Of a DNA stretch of 64,000 bases, positions 33,995-43,471 are shown piece after piece. The stretch covers positions 2,118 to 66,117 of the forward strand of contig JAGGWD010000005.1 in assembly GCA_021157625.1 (NCBI GenBank), written 5' to 3'. A program made the position numbers and the translations under genes. The notes under the pieces are model-generated. The model ran no database searches. It was not told the DNA's origin and was given only the letters and a program-made list of their open reading frames with translations. Source of the stretch: a bacterium. Its GTDB lineage: Bacteria > Patescibacteriota > Minisyncoccia > Minisyncoccales > JAGGXC01. How positions within the stretch are numbered: position 1 is the first letter of the stretch; each line of letters opens with the position of its first letter.

Positions 33995-35650
33995 TTATTT
34001 TTTCTTTAAAAACGTAATTACTTTATCTCCCTCCTTCAGACCTGAGATGATCTCAACATAGCCATCGCTTCCTTTCAAACCAACAGAAACCTCTATCAAT
34101 TTATATCCCTTCTTGTACGGAACTCTCACGAAAGTCTTTTTATCTTGGTGCAATACTGCCCTTGAGGGAATTGCAAGTACATTGCTTCGAGAATCAGTAA
34201 CGATATCTACGTTGGCAGTCATTCCTGGTTTTATTCTTTTATCTGTTGTATCAAGACTAACTTTACTTTTGTAATATACAACCCCACCTATTATAGTCTG
34301 GGCAGGATCAATTTCTATTACTCTTCCTGAAAATTCCACCCCCGCAAAAGCATCAAGAGTAATCTTTGCTGGATTGCCTAATCTCATTTTTCCTATATCT
34401 ACTTCAGCAATATCTAACTCAATTTGAAAGGGATTGGAAGGAATCAAGACAATAACTGGTTCTCCTATCATTACTTGTTCTCCAATCTCTTTATTAATTT
34501 TTACCACCTGCCCATCAACCGGACTTCTTAAGGTAGCTTTATAAATTTGATCCTCAAGCAATCGGACTTTGGCTTTTGCTTGATCTAATTTAGCTTGATA
34601 CAAATCAATATCTTCTTGACGTGGCTTCGCAAGTTTGAGCGCTAATTCATCTTGGGCACTTTTTAGCGCACCTTGAGCCGAATCAACAGCAGCTTGGGCG
34701 CTATCAATAATTGATTTATTGGTTATCTTAGTTAAAGATATAGTTTGTTGAGAGTTTATCACATTGGCCAAAGATGTATTAATGTAGGTTTTGTCAGTGT
34801 CTAAATAACTCTTATAAGTAGAAGAAACCACATTTTTCCATGCTGGTTTCTCACAAGTTTCTCGAATACTGGCCAAGGCATTATATACCCTCTCAAGAGC
34901 AGTTTTGGTCTTCGAAATTGCGACATCAATATTTTCATTTGTGGGATTTTGTTTTGCCACACTTAAATAGTGTTCTATCTGTTTTCTTGCATCATTAATT
35001 ATGGATTTCTGTTCTCTTACATTTATACTATCTTGATCATTTGAGGTAAAATAAGTTCTTTGAATCAAATCTACATCACTAGCGGCAGCAGAAACTTTAA
35101 TCTCTGCACTATCTAAAACAGTCAGAGCACTCTCATATGCTGAACGAAGATTTTCCGCTGCTTTTGTTTTTGCGTTTTCTAAATCTTTTTGAGCATTTTC
35201 TAAAGAAATTTGGGCATTCTCTACAGCAGTTCGAGCAATCTGAATTTCCTCAGGTCTAGCACCAGCAAGCAATTTATCCAATTGTGCCTGTGCTAATTTT
35301 AAAGAGGCTTTTGCCTCATCAAGCTGAATACTGAGTTGAGTAGTACTAAGTTTCATTAATTTTTCTCCTTTCCTAACCTTGTCTCCGATTTTGACATAAA
35401 TTTTCTCTATTCTGCCTCCTTCTTCAAACCCTAAATTTATCTCCTCTCCTTTCTTTACTTGACCAACAGCAGAAACTTCTTGAACAATATCTCTTCTCTC
35501 AACCTGAGCCAAACTATATAGATTGTTTTCTCCAGAGACAAAAACTTTATATACTCCTCCTATAATTAGAATCATTGCCGAGATAATAAAAACGATGATT
35601 TTTGGTTTTTTTAATATCTCCAACATATTCTCAATTCTATAATAAAACAA
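33995..35650 (-). CDS. HlyD/MacA-family periplasmic adaptor with an extended coiled-coil hairpin
   Basis: N-terminal TM, barrel-sandwich and lipoyl-like motifs (GEKLMKLS..., SPVDGQVVKINKEIGEQV), and >250 aa of alpha-helical repeat sequence between them. Confidence 0.82.
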   Translation of the reverse strand: MFYYRIENMLEILKKPKIIVFIISAMILIIGGVYKVFVSGENNLYSLAQVERRDIVQEVSAVGQVKKGEEINLGFEEGGRIEKIYVKIGDKVRKGEKLMKLSTTQLSIQLDEAKASLKLAQAQLDKLLAGARPEEIQIARTAVENAQISLENAQKDLENAKTKAAENLRSAYESALTVLDSAEIKVSAAASDVDLIQRTYFTSNDQDSINVREQKSIINDARKQIEHYLSVAKQNPTNENIDVAISKTKTALERVYNALASIRETCEKPAWKNVVSSTYKSYLDTDKTYINTSLANVINSQQTISLTKITNKSIIDSAQAAVDSAQGALKSAQDELALKLAKPRQEDIDLYQAKLDQAKAKVRLLEDQIYKATLRSPVDGQVVKINKEIGEQVMIGEPVIVLIPSNPFQIELDIAEVDIGKMRLGNPAKITLDAFAGVEFSGRVIEIDPAQTIIGGVVYYKSKVSLDTTDKRIKPGMTANVDIVTDSRSNVLAIPSRAVLHQDKKTFVRVPYKKGYKLIEVSVGLKGSDGYVEIISGLKEGDKVITFLKKK

Positions 35651-35769
35651 TCAAAAAATCAAAAAAGACTCTTCATTACTTTTTATTGGAAATCTCAAGC
35701 AAACAGCAAAAAATAAACACAGCAAAGCCAATTGCCAAATACATCCTCAAAGAGAACGCTCAGAAAAAA

Positions 35770-36417
35770 TTAATTTTCTTTAACAGAAACTTCTCTCTGA
35801 TAATCAAAATAAGAGAAAACAACTAAGTAAGCAGAAACAAAGATCACAGGAACAATAACAAAATATATAGCCTGGTGTGAGAAAAAAATTCCAATAAAAG
35901 CAAGGATGCCGGAGATCTTAAACAATTTAGATGCTCTTTGATGGGTATGTTCCCATACTTTTTCACTGCTCAGAGTCCAGGGAGTTTTTATTCCAATAAA
36001 CCAGTTTCTTTTTGCTTGTGAGAAGAGAGTGCCAAGATAATAAAAGAATAATCCAATAGCAGGAGGTATACATCTACTCATATTGATCTTCCAGCCAAGA
36101 TTATATAAAACACTCAAAAGATAAATATAAAAAAGGAATATTATCAAGAGCAGAAAAAAGAAATCATAATACCTTCTAAACTTTTCAATGTTTTCTTTTA
36201 GTGGATCAATCTTTGGAATTAGCCAAAAAAGCAACACCAAACCTGCCAAAATAAAGGGCATCAAAAACAAAGCTACATGCTTTGGTAAATATCCATCTGC
36301 CTTACCCAAAACATTCCAGTGAGAAACCATTTTAGAAGGCATTTTAGGTAAAAACCAAACACCAATTAAAAAAGAGAGCAGAATTATAGAGAGAATAGCT
36401 ATCTTAATTATCCTCAT
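35770..36417 (-). CDS. SdpI/DUF1648 family membrane protein
   Basis: FLPKMPSKMVSHWNVLGKADGYLPK (DUF1648-like), then an SdpI-like 4-TM region (NWFIGIKTPWTLSSEKVWEHTH). Confidence 0.7.
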   Translation of the reverse strand: MRIIKIAILSIILLSFLIGVWFLPKMPSKMVSHWNVLGKADGYLPKHVALFLMPFILAGLVLLFWLIPKIDPLKENIEKFRRYYDFFFLLLIIFLFYIYLLSVLYNLGWKINMSRCIPPAIGLFFYYLGTLFSQAKRNWFIGIKTPWTLSSEKVWEHTHQRASKLFKISGILAFIGIFFSHQAIYFVIVPVIFVSAYLVVFSYFDYQREVSVKEN

Positions 36418-36755
36418 TTTTTGATTAGTTTAATACCCAATTCAGAGATACGAGCTCCACCAAAAATTAAAATTCCGGCAAAAAGTGACCAACTAATCAA
36501 GTTAAGAAGCCTAAGTAACTCTTCTGTTGGAACTACTGATTTGATCTGCTCTCTTATTATTTGTTTCATCTGCTCTTCTAAATCTTGAGGTGGCAGAACC
36601 TGAGTTATCTCATTTTTATTTTCTGAATGAGGAACAAAAATCTGAGGAGGAAGGGTTCTAGCTGTAAAAATATTAAATGAAGTAAAAAGAGCCCAGATTA
36701 TTATCAAAATTCCTACCGTAATTAAAATCCAACCAATGATTTTTTCTAGAGACAT
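36414..36755 (-). CDS. Small two-TM membrane protein, hypothetical
   Basis: ORF with terminal hydrophobic helices. It overlaps the downstream gene by 4 nt. Confidence 0.5.
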   Translation of the reverse strand: MSLEKIIGWILITVGILIIIWALFTSFNIFTARTLPPQIFVPHSENKNEITQVLPPQDLEEQMKQIIREQIKSVVPTEELLRLLNLISWSLFAGILIFGGARISELGIKLIKK

Positions 36756-36761
36756 ATTGTT

Positions 36762-37676
36762 CTAAATTACTCTTTTCTTCTTTAAGTAGAGCACAAAAGA
36801 TATCCAAATCAAGGCAATGAGGACCAAAATATACCAAAAAATAAAAGGATGATGTTGGAGAGGTAAAGCTACATTCATTCCATAAAGTCCAGAAATTGCC
36901 GCTGGCAAACTAATTAAGATGGTGAAAATAGTAAGAATAGTAATAATATTGTTCAATCTATTGGAAAGTAAAATATCGTAATACCCTCTTATGTTGGAAA
37001 TGGTTTTTAAAGATGACTTACATAGATTAAATCCTTGTGTTCCTTCAACAATAAGGTCTTCGAGTATTTCCTTGTCCTGCTCAAAAAACTTTATTTTTCT
37101 TATTATCCTCTCATAAAGCAAATTGATATAGTAATAAGAAGAAACAAAATCATTAAGAATATCTTCTTGCTCCAAAAGACTAGTAAGTTCTTCATCTTTT
37201 AGTTCTTCTATGCTGAGATGCTTTCTTTTCTGGACGTCTTTCACAATACTAATGGTTGTTTTTTCAAAACCTTCGTTTATTAAAGAAAGCAGTTTAATAA
37301 GACATTTGAGTTTTTGGGTGGTGATAAACTTTATTTCACCGTTTTTTATTCTCTCAGCAAATTCAGGCTCATGCACTGAAAGAGTAAGAACAAAGTTTTT
37401 CCCTATCGTAATAAGGTAGGTTCCAAGAATATGCTCAGGTATATTAAAAACAGCATTAGTGAAAATATAAATATTCCCATCCACTATATCAAGTCTCGGA
37501 ATTTCGTTCTCATCAAGCCCTGATTCTAAATTCTTCTTATCTAATTTGAATTTCTTTACTAAATATTCTATTTCTTTGGTAGTTGGATCAACTACCTCAA
37601 TCCAACAACCAATCTGAAAATTAGGTATCTCTTTTATCTCTTTTGACTGAATTGTCCTTTTAAAATATCTAATCAT
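36762..37676 (-). CDS. corA: CorA-family magnesium/cobalt transporter
   Basis: C-terminal YGMNV motif and two TM helices. Start moved to ATG 37676 (MIRYFKR...), 4 nt after the upstream stop. Confidence 0.85.
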   Translation of the reverse strand: MIRYFKRTIQSKEIKEIPNFQIGCWIEVVDPTTKEIEYLVKKFKLDKKNLESGLDENEIPRLDIVDGNIYIFTNAVFNIPEHILGTYLITIGKNFVLTLSVHEPEFAERIKNGEIKFITTQKLKCLIKLLSLINEGFEKTTISIVKDVQKRKHLSIEELKDEELTSLLEQEDILNDFVSSYYYINLLYERIIRKIKFFEQDKEILEDLIVEGTQGFNLCKSSLKTISNIRGYYDILLSNRLNNIITILTIFTILISLPAAISGLYGMNVALPLQHHPFIFWYILVLIALIWISFVLYLKKKRVI

Positions 37677-37680
37677 AATT

Positions 37681-38070
37681 TTAGAGTAATTTTTTTTGCA
37701 CAAGAGATTTAGCAATTTCTTTTGCTTTCTTTTCTCCGAGTAAAGTAAGAGAAAAATTACTAGAGGGATCCCCTTTTATAAATTTTTTATTTCTAAGCGC
37801 TCTCAGAGGACGATCTAATTTGCGCGCATCAGGCCATTGAGGAATTGTATTAAGAGAAAATACTTTTGGAAACAAAACAAAACACTTCTCAAGCAGTTTT
37901 TCAAATGTAGCCTTCTTTTTTTCTGCCTCAAGACAGTAAAGAGAAAACAAAATCAAATTATTTATCCCCAAACTTCTATAGATTTCTTCATCAAAAACCA
38001 ACCTCTTTCTTTTCTTCTCCCTTGGCATTAATTCATAATACTTCATTTCAAAAAGAAAATAAAGAGGCAA
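37681..38070 (-). CDS. Hypothetical protein (~115-129 aa)
   Basis: ORF only. Several in-frame ATGs lie near the 5' end. Confidence 0.45.
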   Translation of the reverse strand: MPLYFLFEMKYYELMPREKKRKRLVFDEEIYRSLGINNLILFSLYCLEAEKKKATFEKLLEKCFVLFPKVFSLNTIPQWPDARKLDRPLRALRNKKFIKGDPSSNFSLTLLGEKKAKEIAKSLVQKKLL

Positions 38071-38084
38071 ACATTGTTTGCCCT

Positions 38085-38837
38085 TTATTGAAAGAGAAAG
38101 AACTTCAGAAGATATAGCCCATAAACCACTCCCAAAACACTGTCGATTCTATCAAGCAATCCTCCATGGCTTTTTAGAATGGTTCCCGAATCTTTAACTC
38201 CCATTCTTCTTTTCAGGAAAGACTCAAAAAGATCGCCCAAGAAAGCAAAGCATCCCAGCAAAATAGGAGTTATTGCTATTTTCCAGAGAACAAAGGAAAA
38301 AATCATTTTTCCTAGTATAAAAGCAATTATTCCGCAACCAATAAATCCTGCAATCAGACCTTCAAGTGTTTTGTGAGGAGAAATATGCGGTGTTATTCTA
38401 TGCTTCCCCCAAAGTTTTCCTCCAAAGTAAGAAAAAGCATCAAAAATACCAGCAGAAGAAAGCCCTAACACTAACCACCAGAGTCCATCTTTTGTGAAAC
38501 GAAGCACAAAGAAAAGAAACAGAGAAACACAGAGATAGATGGCAAATATTCCAGCCACTAGAATATCTCTCGCTCTAGGAGCATTTCTGCTCATTTGCCA
38601 AATTTCAGAAAGGCCTATCCCGCCTAAAATTCCTATCCCAAAAATAAAGATATCCCTGGGAACAAAAAAGAAAGAAACTGCTATAAGGATTACAATTATT
38701 CCAATGCCAGTTCTTTTCTTGAATTCTCCTTTGATATTTTCACTTTTTTTCAAGGTCCATTCCTCCTCAATAGGGATTTTAATAAAATTTCTACTAATGT
38801 CAAATAAAAGTAAAAAACCCACTGGAATAATTTCCAA
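38085..38837 (-). CDS. cdsA: Phosphatidate cytidylyltransferase (CDP-diglyceride synthase)
   Basis: Signature SFLKRRMGVKDSGTILKSHGGLLDRIDS. Multi-pass membrane protein. Confidence 0.88.
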   Translation of the reverse strand: MEIIPVGFLLLFDISRNFIKIPIEEEWTLKKSENIKGEFKKRTGIGIIVILIAVSFFFVPRDIFIFGIGILGGIGLSEIWQMSRNAPRARDILVAGIFAIYLCVSLFLFFVLRFTKDGLWWLVLGLSSAGIFDAFSYFGGKLWGKHRITPHISPHKTLEGLIAGFIGCGIIAFILGKMIFSFVLWKIAITPILLGCFAFLGDLFESFLKRRMGVKDSGTILKSHGGLLDRIDSVLGVVYGLYLLKFFLFQ

Positions 38838-38847
38838 TGGGTATAAA

Positions 38848-39603
38848 TCAAACCATCTCTGAATTCAGGTCTTTTTCCAAATTTCTTTCTTCCAAGGATT
38901 TTTCTATTTCAGCTATGATTCGATCTACTACCAGAGCCGGAGTACGACTTTTATAGATAGGAGATCCCACTACAATATAATCAGCTCCAGCTTCAATTGC
39001 CTCACTAGGAGTAGTAACCTTTGCTTGTTCTCGAGAAGGTACAGCCCAAGTAGGTTTAACATCAGGAACAACAATCAGAGTCTCTGGTTTGAGAAAGCGC
39101 CGTAAATCTCGAGCCTCTTGAGCAGAGGCTACTACACCCGAAAGCCCTACTTTTTCTGCGCTCAAAGCAAGCTCTATTATTTTTGTTCTAATCCTACCTG
39201 GGATTCCTATCGTTCTATCAATATTTCTTGGATTTAGAATAGTAATTCCCAGAATTTTTAGATCTGTATCACTGGCAGCTTTCACTGCGCTTTCCATCAT
39301 TTCTGGACCTCCCAGTATATGAACAGTTGTCATATAAATCCCTGCTTTGATGTCTGCCCGAATAAATTCACTAACCACAGAGGCAGTATCGTAATATTTC
39401 CAATCTCGCCACACTTTCATTTCCCTTTTCTTTATCTCTGAAACAATCTGGGGAAAAATAGCTGCCAAGGAATTTACTTTTACTATGCTTAATTTGTCTC
39501 TTAGAATATCTATAAGCGAAATAGCTTCAGAAACACTGCCTACATCTAAAGCAAGTATTAGTCTCTCTTCTGCCTTCAAATTTCTTACTCCACCTTCATT
39601 CAT
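38848..39603 (-). CDS. Orotidine-5'-phosphate decarboxylase-fold protein (pyrF or HPS/KGPDC-like)
   Basis: LILALDV and DWKYYD (DxKxxD catalytic pattern), C-terminal VVGSPI. GGAGG SD lies 7 nt upstream. Confidence 0.6.
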   Translation of the reverse strand: MNEGGVRNLKAEERLILALDVGSVSEAISLIDILRDKLSIVKVNSLAAIFPQIVSEIKKREMKVWRDWKYYDTASVVSEFIRADIKAGIYMTTVHILGGPEMMESAVKAASDTDLKILGITILNPRNIDRTIGIPGRIRTKIIELALSAEKVGLSGVVASAQEARDLRRFLKPETLIVVPDVKPTWAVPSREQAKVTTPSEAIEAGADYIVVGSPIYKSRTPALVVDRIIAEIEKSLEERNLEKDLNSEMV

Positions 39604-39821
39604 TCATCTTCCTCCTTTAGTTTTAAAGCATTTTTAATGATCCTTCTTTCTTAAGTTGGCATAAATTATAAAACCTGTCAAGTATCTGCAACCTTGGTTT
39701 TATTAAGTCTACTTTTTCTATGAAACTAAAAGAAAAAAATTAAGCAAAAATAGCTCAATCATAAACTAGATAAAAATGTAGCACAAATATCTTGTTGTTA
39801 TATATCCCAACACATCCTATT

Positions 39822-39895
39822 TGGCTGCGGGGCTAGGACTCGAACCTAGATTACCAGGGCCAGAACCTGGCGTGCTACCATTACACCACCCCGCA
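39822..39895 (-). tRNA. tRNA-Gln (anticodon CUG), CCA encoded
   Basis: TGCGGGG-TG-GTGT-AATGGTA-GCAC-G-CCAGG-TTCTGGC-CCTGG-TAAT-CTAGG-TTCGAGT-CCTAG-CCCCGCA-G-CCA. It starts 9 nt after the ftsX stop. Confidence 0.92.
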
Positions 39896-39904
39896 ATTCA
39901 ATAT

Positions 39905-40813
39905 CTATACTTTAAGATATTTTCTAATGGCAAAAAGAGAAGGAATTATTCCTAAACTCAACCCACAAAATAATTGAAGGAATACTATCGAACTCAGATT
40001 ACTTTTAAAATAATCAAACAAATTAAATCCTGCAACCAATATCTCAACTTTGGGGCTCAAACACCAACACCCTAAAGCAAAAATTACAAGCGAAATGAAT
40101 GAAGCTAGGATACCTGAGATAGCCCCTTGGACTATAAAAGGACCGCGAATAAACCAATTGGAGGCACCAACAAGGCGCATTATAGATATCTCTCTCTTGA
40201 AATCAAGGATGCCAAGACGAACAGTATTAAAAGCTATCAGTATAGCAAGAACAGTAGCGATAGCAATGAAAACAAAGGATATCTTTTGAATAGTGGAACT
40301 AATAGAAAATAGTCTTTCAATAATCCTTTTGTTCTGATAGTAATCTATTTTATCAATAATGCTAGAAAAAGGACTGTTCTTTAAAAATTCAGAGATCTGT
40401 TCATACTGAGATGCTTGCCAGGCTTTTATATTCAAATGCGCTGCAAGAGGATTCTCTCCTATTTCTTCTAAAGACTCCATTATTACAGGATCATTTTTGT
40501 GTTTCTCTTTGAAAATATTTAATGCTTCTTCTCTAGAAATATAACTTACTTCTTTTATCTCTGGAATTTTGGAAAGTTGTTCCTTTGCTTTTATAATTTC
40601 TTCTTCTGGAGCATCTATAACAAAATATACACTAATATCTACCTTATCCTTTATAGAGTTAACTAAAGAGTCGGTTAAACTTCTTAAAACAAAAAGTCCT
40701 GATATTAAAGAAACCGCGACCACTATGATGAAAGTGGTAGTAAAAAATAAACCTTTATTGCGAGATATATTCTCGAAGCTAAATCTAATAATTTTTTTAA
40801 AAGAAGTTAACAT
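39905..40813 (-). CDS. ftsX: Cell division permease FtsX
   Basis: N-terminal TM, extracellular domain, and three C-terminal TMs with an MRLVGASNWFIRGPF motif. It follows ftsE. Confidence 0.88.
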   Translation of the reverse strand: MLTSFKKIIRFSFENISRNKGLFFTTTFIIVVAVSLISGLFVLRSLTDSLVNSIKDKVDISVYFVIDAPEEEIIKAKEQLSKIPEIKEVSYISREEALNIFKEKHKNDPVIMESLEEIGENPLAAHLNIKAWQASQYEQISEFLKNSPFSSIIDKIDYYQNKRIIERLFSISSTIQKISFVFIAIATVLAILIAFNTVRLGILDFKREISIMRLVGASNWFIRGPFIVQGAISGILASFISLVIFALGCWCLSPKVEILVAGFNLFDYFKSNLSSIVFLQLFCGLSLGIIPSLFAIRKYLKV

Positions 40814-41529
40814 ATAAATCTTCCGTGTTGTTCGTCTCTTATTATTTTCCCTTTTTCTAGAGTAATAACTCTTTTGTGTAAACTATTGATTATTTCTTTG
40901 TCATGAGTGGAAAGAATAACTGTGGCACCTAATTCTTGAATCTTCAAAAGAAGTTGGATTATATCACGAGTATGATAGGGATCAAGATTTCCGGTAGGTT
41001 CATCAGCACATATAAGTTCGGGGCGAGTAATTAAGGCACGAGCAATGGCCACTCTTTGTTTCTCTCCTCCGGAAAGTTCTTCCGGGAAATGATCTGCGCA
41101 ATCAGTAAGGCCTACTATATCCAGAACCTGAGGCACTTGACGATCAATTTCTTCTTTATCAAAACCTATCACCTCCAGCGCATAAGCAATATTTTCATAT
41201 ACAGTTCTTGAGGAAAGAAGTTTGTAATCCTGGAAGATAGCACCAATTCTTCTTCGAAGAAAGGGCAGATCTTTAGAAGGAAGTTTTTGTACCTCAATAC
41301 CATCAAAAAAAATCCTTCCATAAGTTGGCTTTTCTTCTCCTATTAATAACTTAAGAAGTGTGGTTTTGCCTGCTCCTGATCTTCCTGCCAGACATACAAA
41401 CTCCCCTTTTTTTATCTCAAAAGAAACATTCCGCAATGCCTCTACATCTCGAGGATAAATCTTGGTGACATTCTGAAACGATACCAATACTTTATTATTT
41501 AAGTTTGATTTCTGCTTCGATGAATCCAT
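40807..41529 (-). CDS. ftsE: Cell division ATP-binding protein FtsE
   Basis: Walker [24 protein letters not shown], Walker [13 protein letters not shown]. Confidence 0.9.
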   Translation of the reverse strand: MDSSKQKSNLNNKVLVSFQNVTKIYPRDVEALRNVSFEIKKGEFVCLAGRSGAGKTTLLKLLIGEEKPTYGRIFFDGIEVQKLPSKDLPFLRRRIGAIFQDYKLLSSRTVYENIAYALEVIGFDKEEIDRQVPQVLDIVGLTDCADHFPEELSGGEKQRVAIARALITRPELICADEPTGNLDPYHTRDIIQLLLKIQELGATVILSTHDKEIINSLHKRVITLEKGKIIRDEQHGRFIC

Positions 41530-42653
41530 TTAAGTCTCCATCAAGAACTTCCTCAACTTTAGTAGTCTCTATTTTTGTTCGATGATCTTTAACTAACTTA
41601 TAAGGATGAAGAATATAGGATCTGATTTGATTACCCCAACTTGCTGAAGAATTTTGATCAGTTGAGGAAGTTTTCTTTTGAGAGTCTTTTATTTTTTTTA
41701 GTTCTTCCTTCTGAGCCAGAATTTGATGTTGATAAAGTTTGGCATAAAGAAGTGCTTCAGCCTTCTGTCGATTAAGACCCTGAAGACGCTCTGATTGACA
41801 AGTAACTCTGATACCGGTGGGTATATGAATAAGCCGAACAGCACTTTCTCTTCGATTCACATATTGTCCTCCTGGTCCTGATGCTCTGAAAGTTTCCATT
41901 TTTATATCTTCCGGTCTTATCTTTATCTTCAAACACTCCGAAGAAGGAAGTTCAGGCAATACTTCTACTAAGGCAAAAGAGGTATGGCGGAGATTCTGGG
42001 CAGAAAAAGGTGAAAGTCTCACTAATCTGTGAACTCCACTTTCATTTTTTAAAAAGCCATAAGCATATTTTCCTTTAATTTCCATTGTCACTTGTTTTAT
42101 GCCTATTCTCCCCTCCGGACCCCCTCCTTGTCCAAACGATTGATGCAAAATCTTGGTTTTAAATCCTTTTCTTTGGCAAAATCTCTCATACATTCGCAGA
42201 AGCATTGTAGCCCAATCTTCAGCATCCTGCCCTCCTGCTCCTGCATAAATAGACAGTATAGCATTTCTCTTGTCATATTTTCCAGAAAGATAAACTCTGA
42301 TTTCTTCTTGCTTTATCCTTTGCTCAAGATTATCAAGGCGTTGCTTAATCTCATCGACAAGCTCATCTTCAGGGCTCACTATTTTAGTTAACTCCATCAA
42401 TTCAATTAATTCGTTGTTGAGCTTATTCCATCTCTCTACTTCTTCCTTTAACTCAGCAAGTTCTTTACTTATTTCAGAAGCCTTTTCTTTATCTTTCCAA
42501 AAGTCTGGTTTCTGGGTTTGTCTTTCTAGTTCTTTTATTCTTTTTTCTTTTTTGACAATGTCAAAGACAGTCCTCCAAATAAAGGAGGTTTGCTTTAATA
42601 TTTTCGATTTTCTCTTTTATCTCTTTCATAAAGCTGTATCTATAATTTATCAT
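41495..42653 (-). CDS. prfB: Peptide chain release factor 2, requiring a programmed +1 frameshift at CTT TGA C (42566->42560)
   Basis: Frame 0: ATG 42653 (or ATG 42629) ...YLEDCL then TGA. The +1 frame continues DIVKKEKRIKELE... into the 301-aa ORF carrying SPF and GGQ motifs. A GGAGG lies 5 nt upstream of CTT. Confidence 0.9.
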
Positions 42654-42748
42654 ATTCCTCCAAAAAAGTAAATTAAAAAACCTCTATTATACATATCAAA
42701 CAATCTACTCTAATATTTTTCTAACATTTTCTACCAAAATAAAAATAA

Positions 42749-42820
42749 AGCCGGTGGTCGGATTCGAACCGACGACCTGAGCTTTACGAAAGCCCTGCTC
42801 TACCACTGAGCTACACCGGC
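42749..42820 (-). tRNA. tRNA-Thr (anticodon CGU)
   Basis: GCCGGTG-TA-GCTC-AGTGGTA-GAGC-A-GGGCT-TTCGTAA-AGCTC-AGGTC-GTCGG-TTCGAAT-CCGAC-CACCGGC-T. Confidence 0.92.
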
Positions 42821-42831
42821 AAAGATCTATG

Positions 42832-42902
42832 AGCGGGATACGGGAGTCGAACCCGCCTCTCCACCTTGGGAAGGTGGTGTTGAACCGCTCAACTAATCCC
42901 GC
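42832..42902 (-). tRNA. tRNA-Gly (anticodon CCC)
   Basis: GCGGGAT-TA-GTTG-AGCGGTT-CAAC-A-CCACC-TTCCCAA-GGTGG-AGAG-GCGGG-TTCGACT-CCCGT-ATCCCGC-T. Confidence 0.9.
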
Positions 42903-43282
42903 AATTTAAATAATTCCAAAAATCTTTCCCAAATACTTTTTTCTTCTTTCTGAATCTCTTTCTTTTCTTCTTTTGGAGGAAGAATTACTACTACTTTCTC
43001 TCCTTCTTTTTTATAAAGACCTTTTTGGCGTAAAATTTTTTCTATATAATCTGATTGATGAGACTCCTCTATTCCTGCCTTAAGTTCATTATTTCTTTCC
43101 TGAAGAACTTTAATCTCTTGTTTTAGTTGAGAGATTCTTTCATTAAGCTCCTTCTTTCTTTTGTTTATTTTAACATTTGAAACTACCAGAAAGATAATTA
43201 TTATTAAAAATAGAATTCCCAGGACAACAGAAATAGAAATATCCAGGAATGATTCTCTTTGTCTTATTCTTCTCTTAGACAT
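42893..43282 (-). CDS. FtsB/DivIC-like septum formation initiator
   Basis: MSKRRIRQ..., single TM (VVLGILFLIIIIFLVV), then a coiled coil (ISQLKQEIKVLQERNNELKAGIEE). Start taken at ATG 43282. The stop lies 10 nt inside tRNA-Gly. Confidence 0.7.
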   Translation of the reverse strand: MSKRRIRQRESFLDISISVVLGILFLIIIIFLVVSNVKINKRKKELNERISQLKQEIKVLQERNNELKAGIEESHQSDYIEKILRQKGLYKKEGEKVVVILPPKEEKKEIQKEEKSIWERFLELFKLRD

Positions 43283-43471
43283 AATAAAATATACAATGGT
43301 GAAATTAAAACCCAAAAATTTATTAAGAATTTTCTGGATAATTATAGCGTCTCTGGTAGTCTTTAGTATGATTGGCTGGCTTTTGGTAGGGCTGTTTCGC
43401 TTTTAATCTTAGTAAATTTAGGAATTTCTGACAAGAAACTTCAAGAGTAAAAAGGAGAAGCTATCAGGATA

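Noticed and set aside
38848-39603. Considered flagging the OMP-decarboxylase-fold gene as an anomalous orphan pyrimidine gene
   Set aside because: It retains the DxKxxD pattern, but I cannot see the rest of the genome to know whether other pyr genes exist. I also cannot distinguish PyrF from HPS/KGPDC by eye. It is kept as a feature only.
42414-42671. 85-aa plus-strand ORF
   Set aside because: It is antisense to the prfB 5' segment and frameshift region, which is explained by the split RF2 gene.
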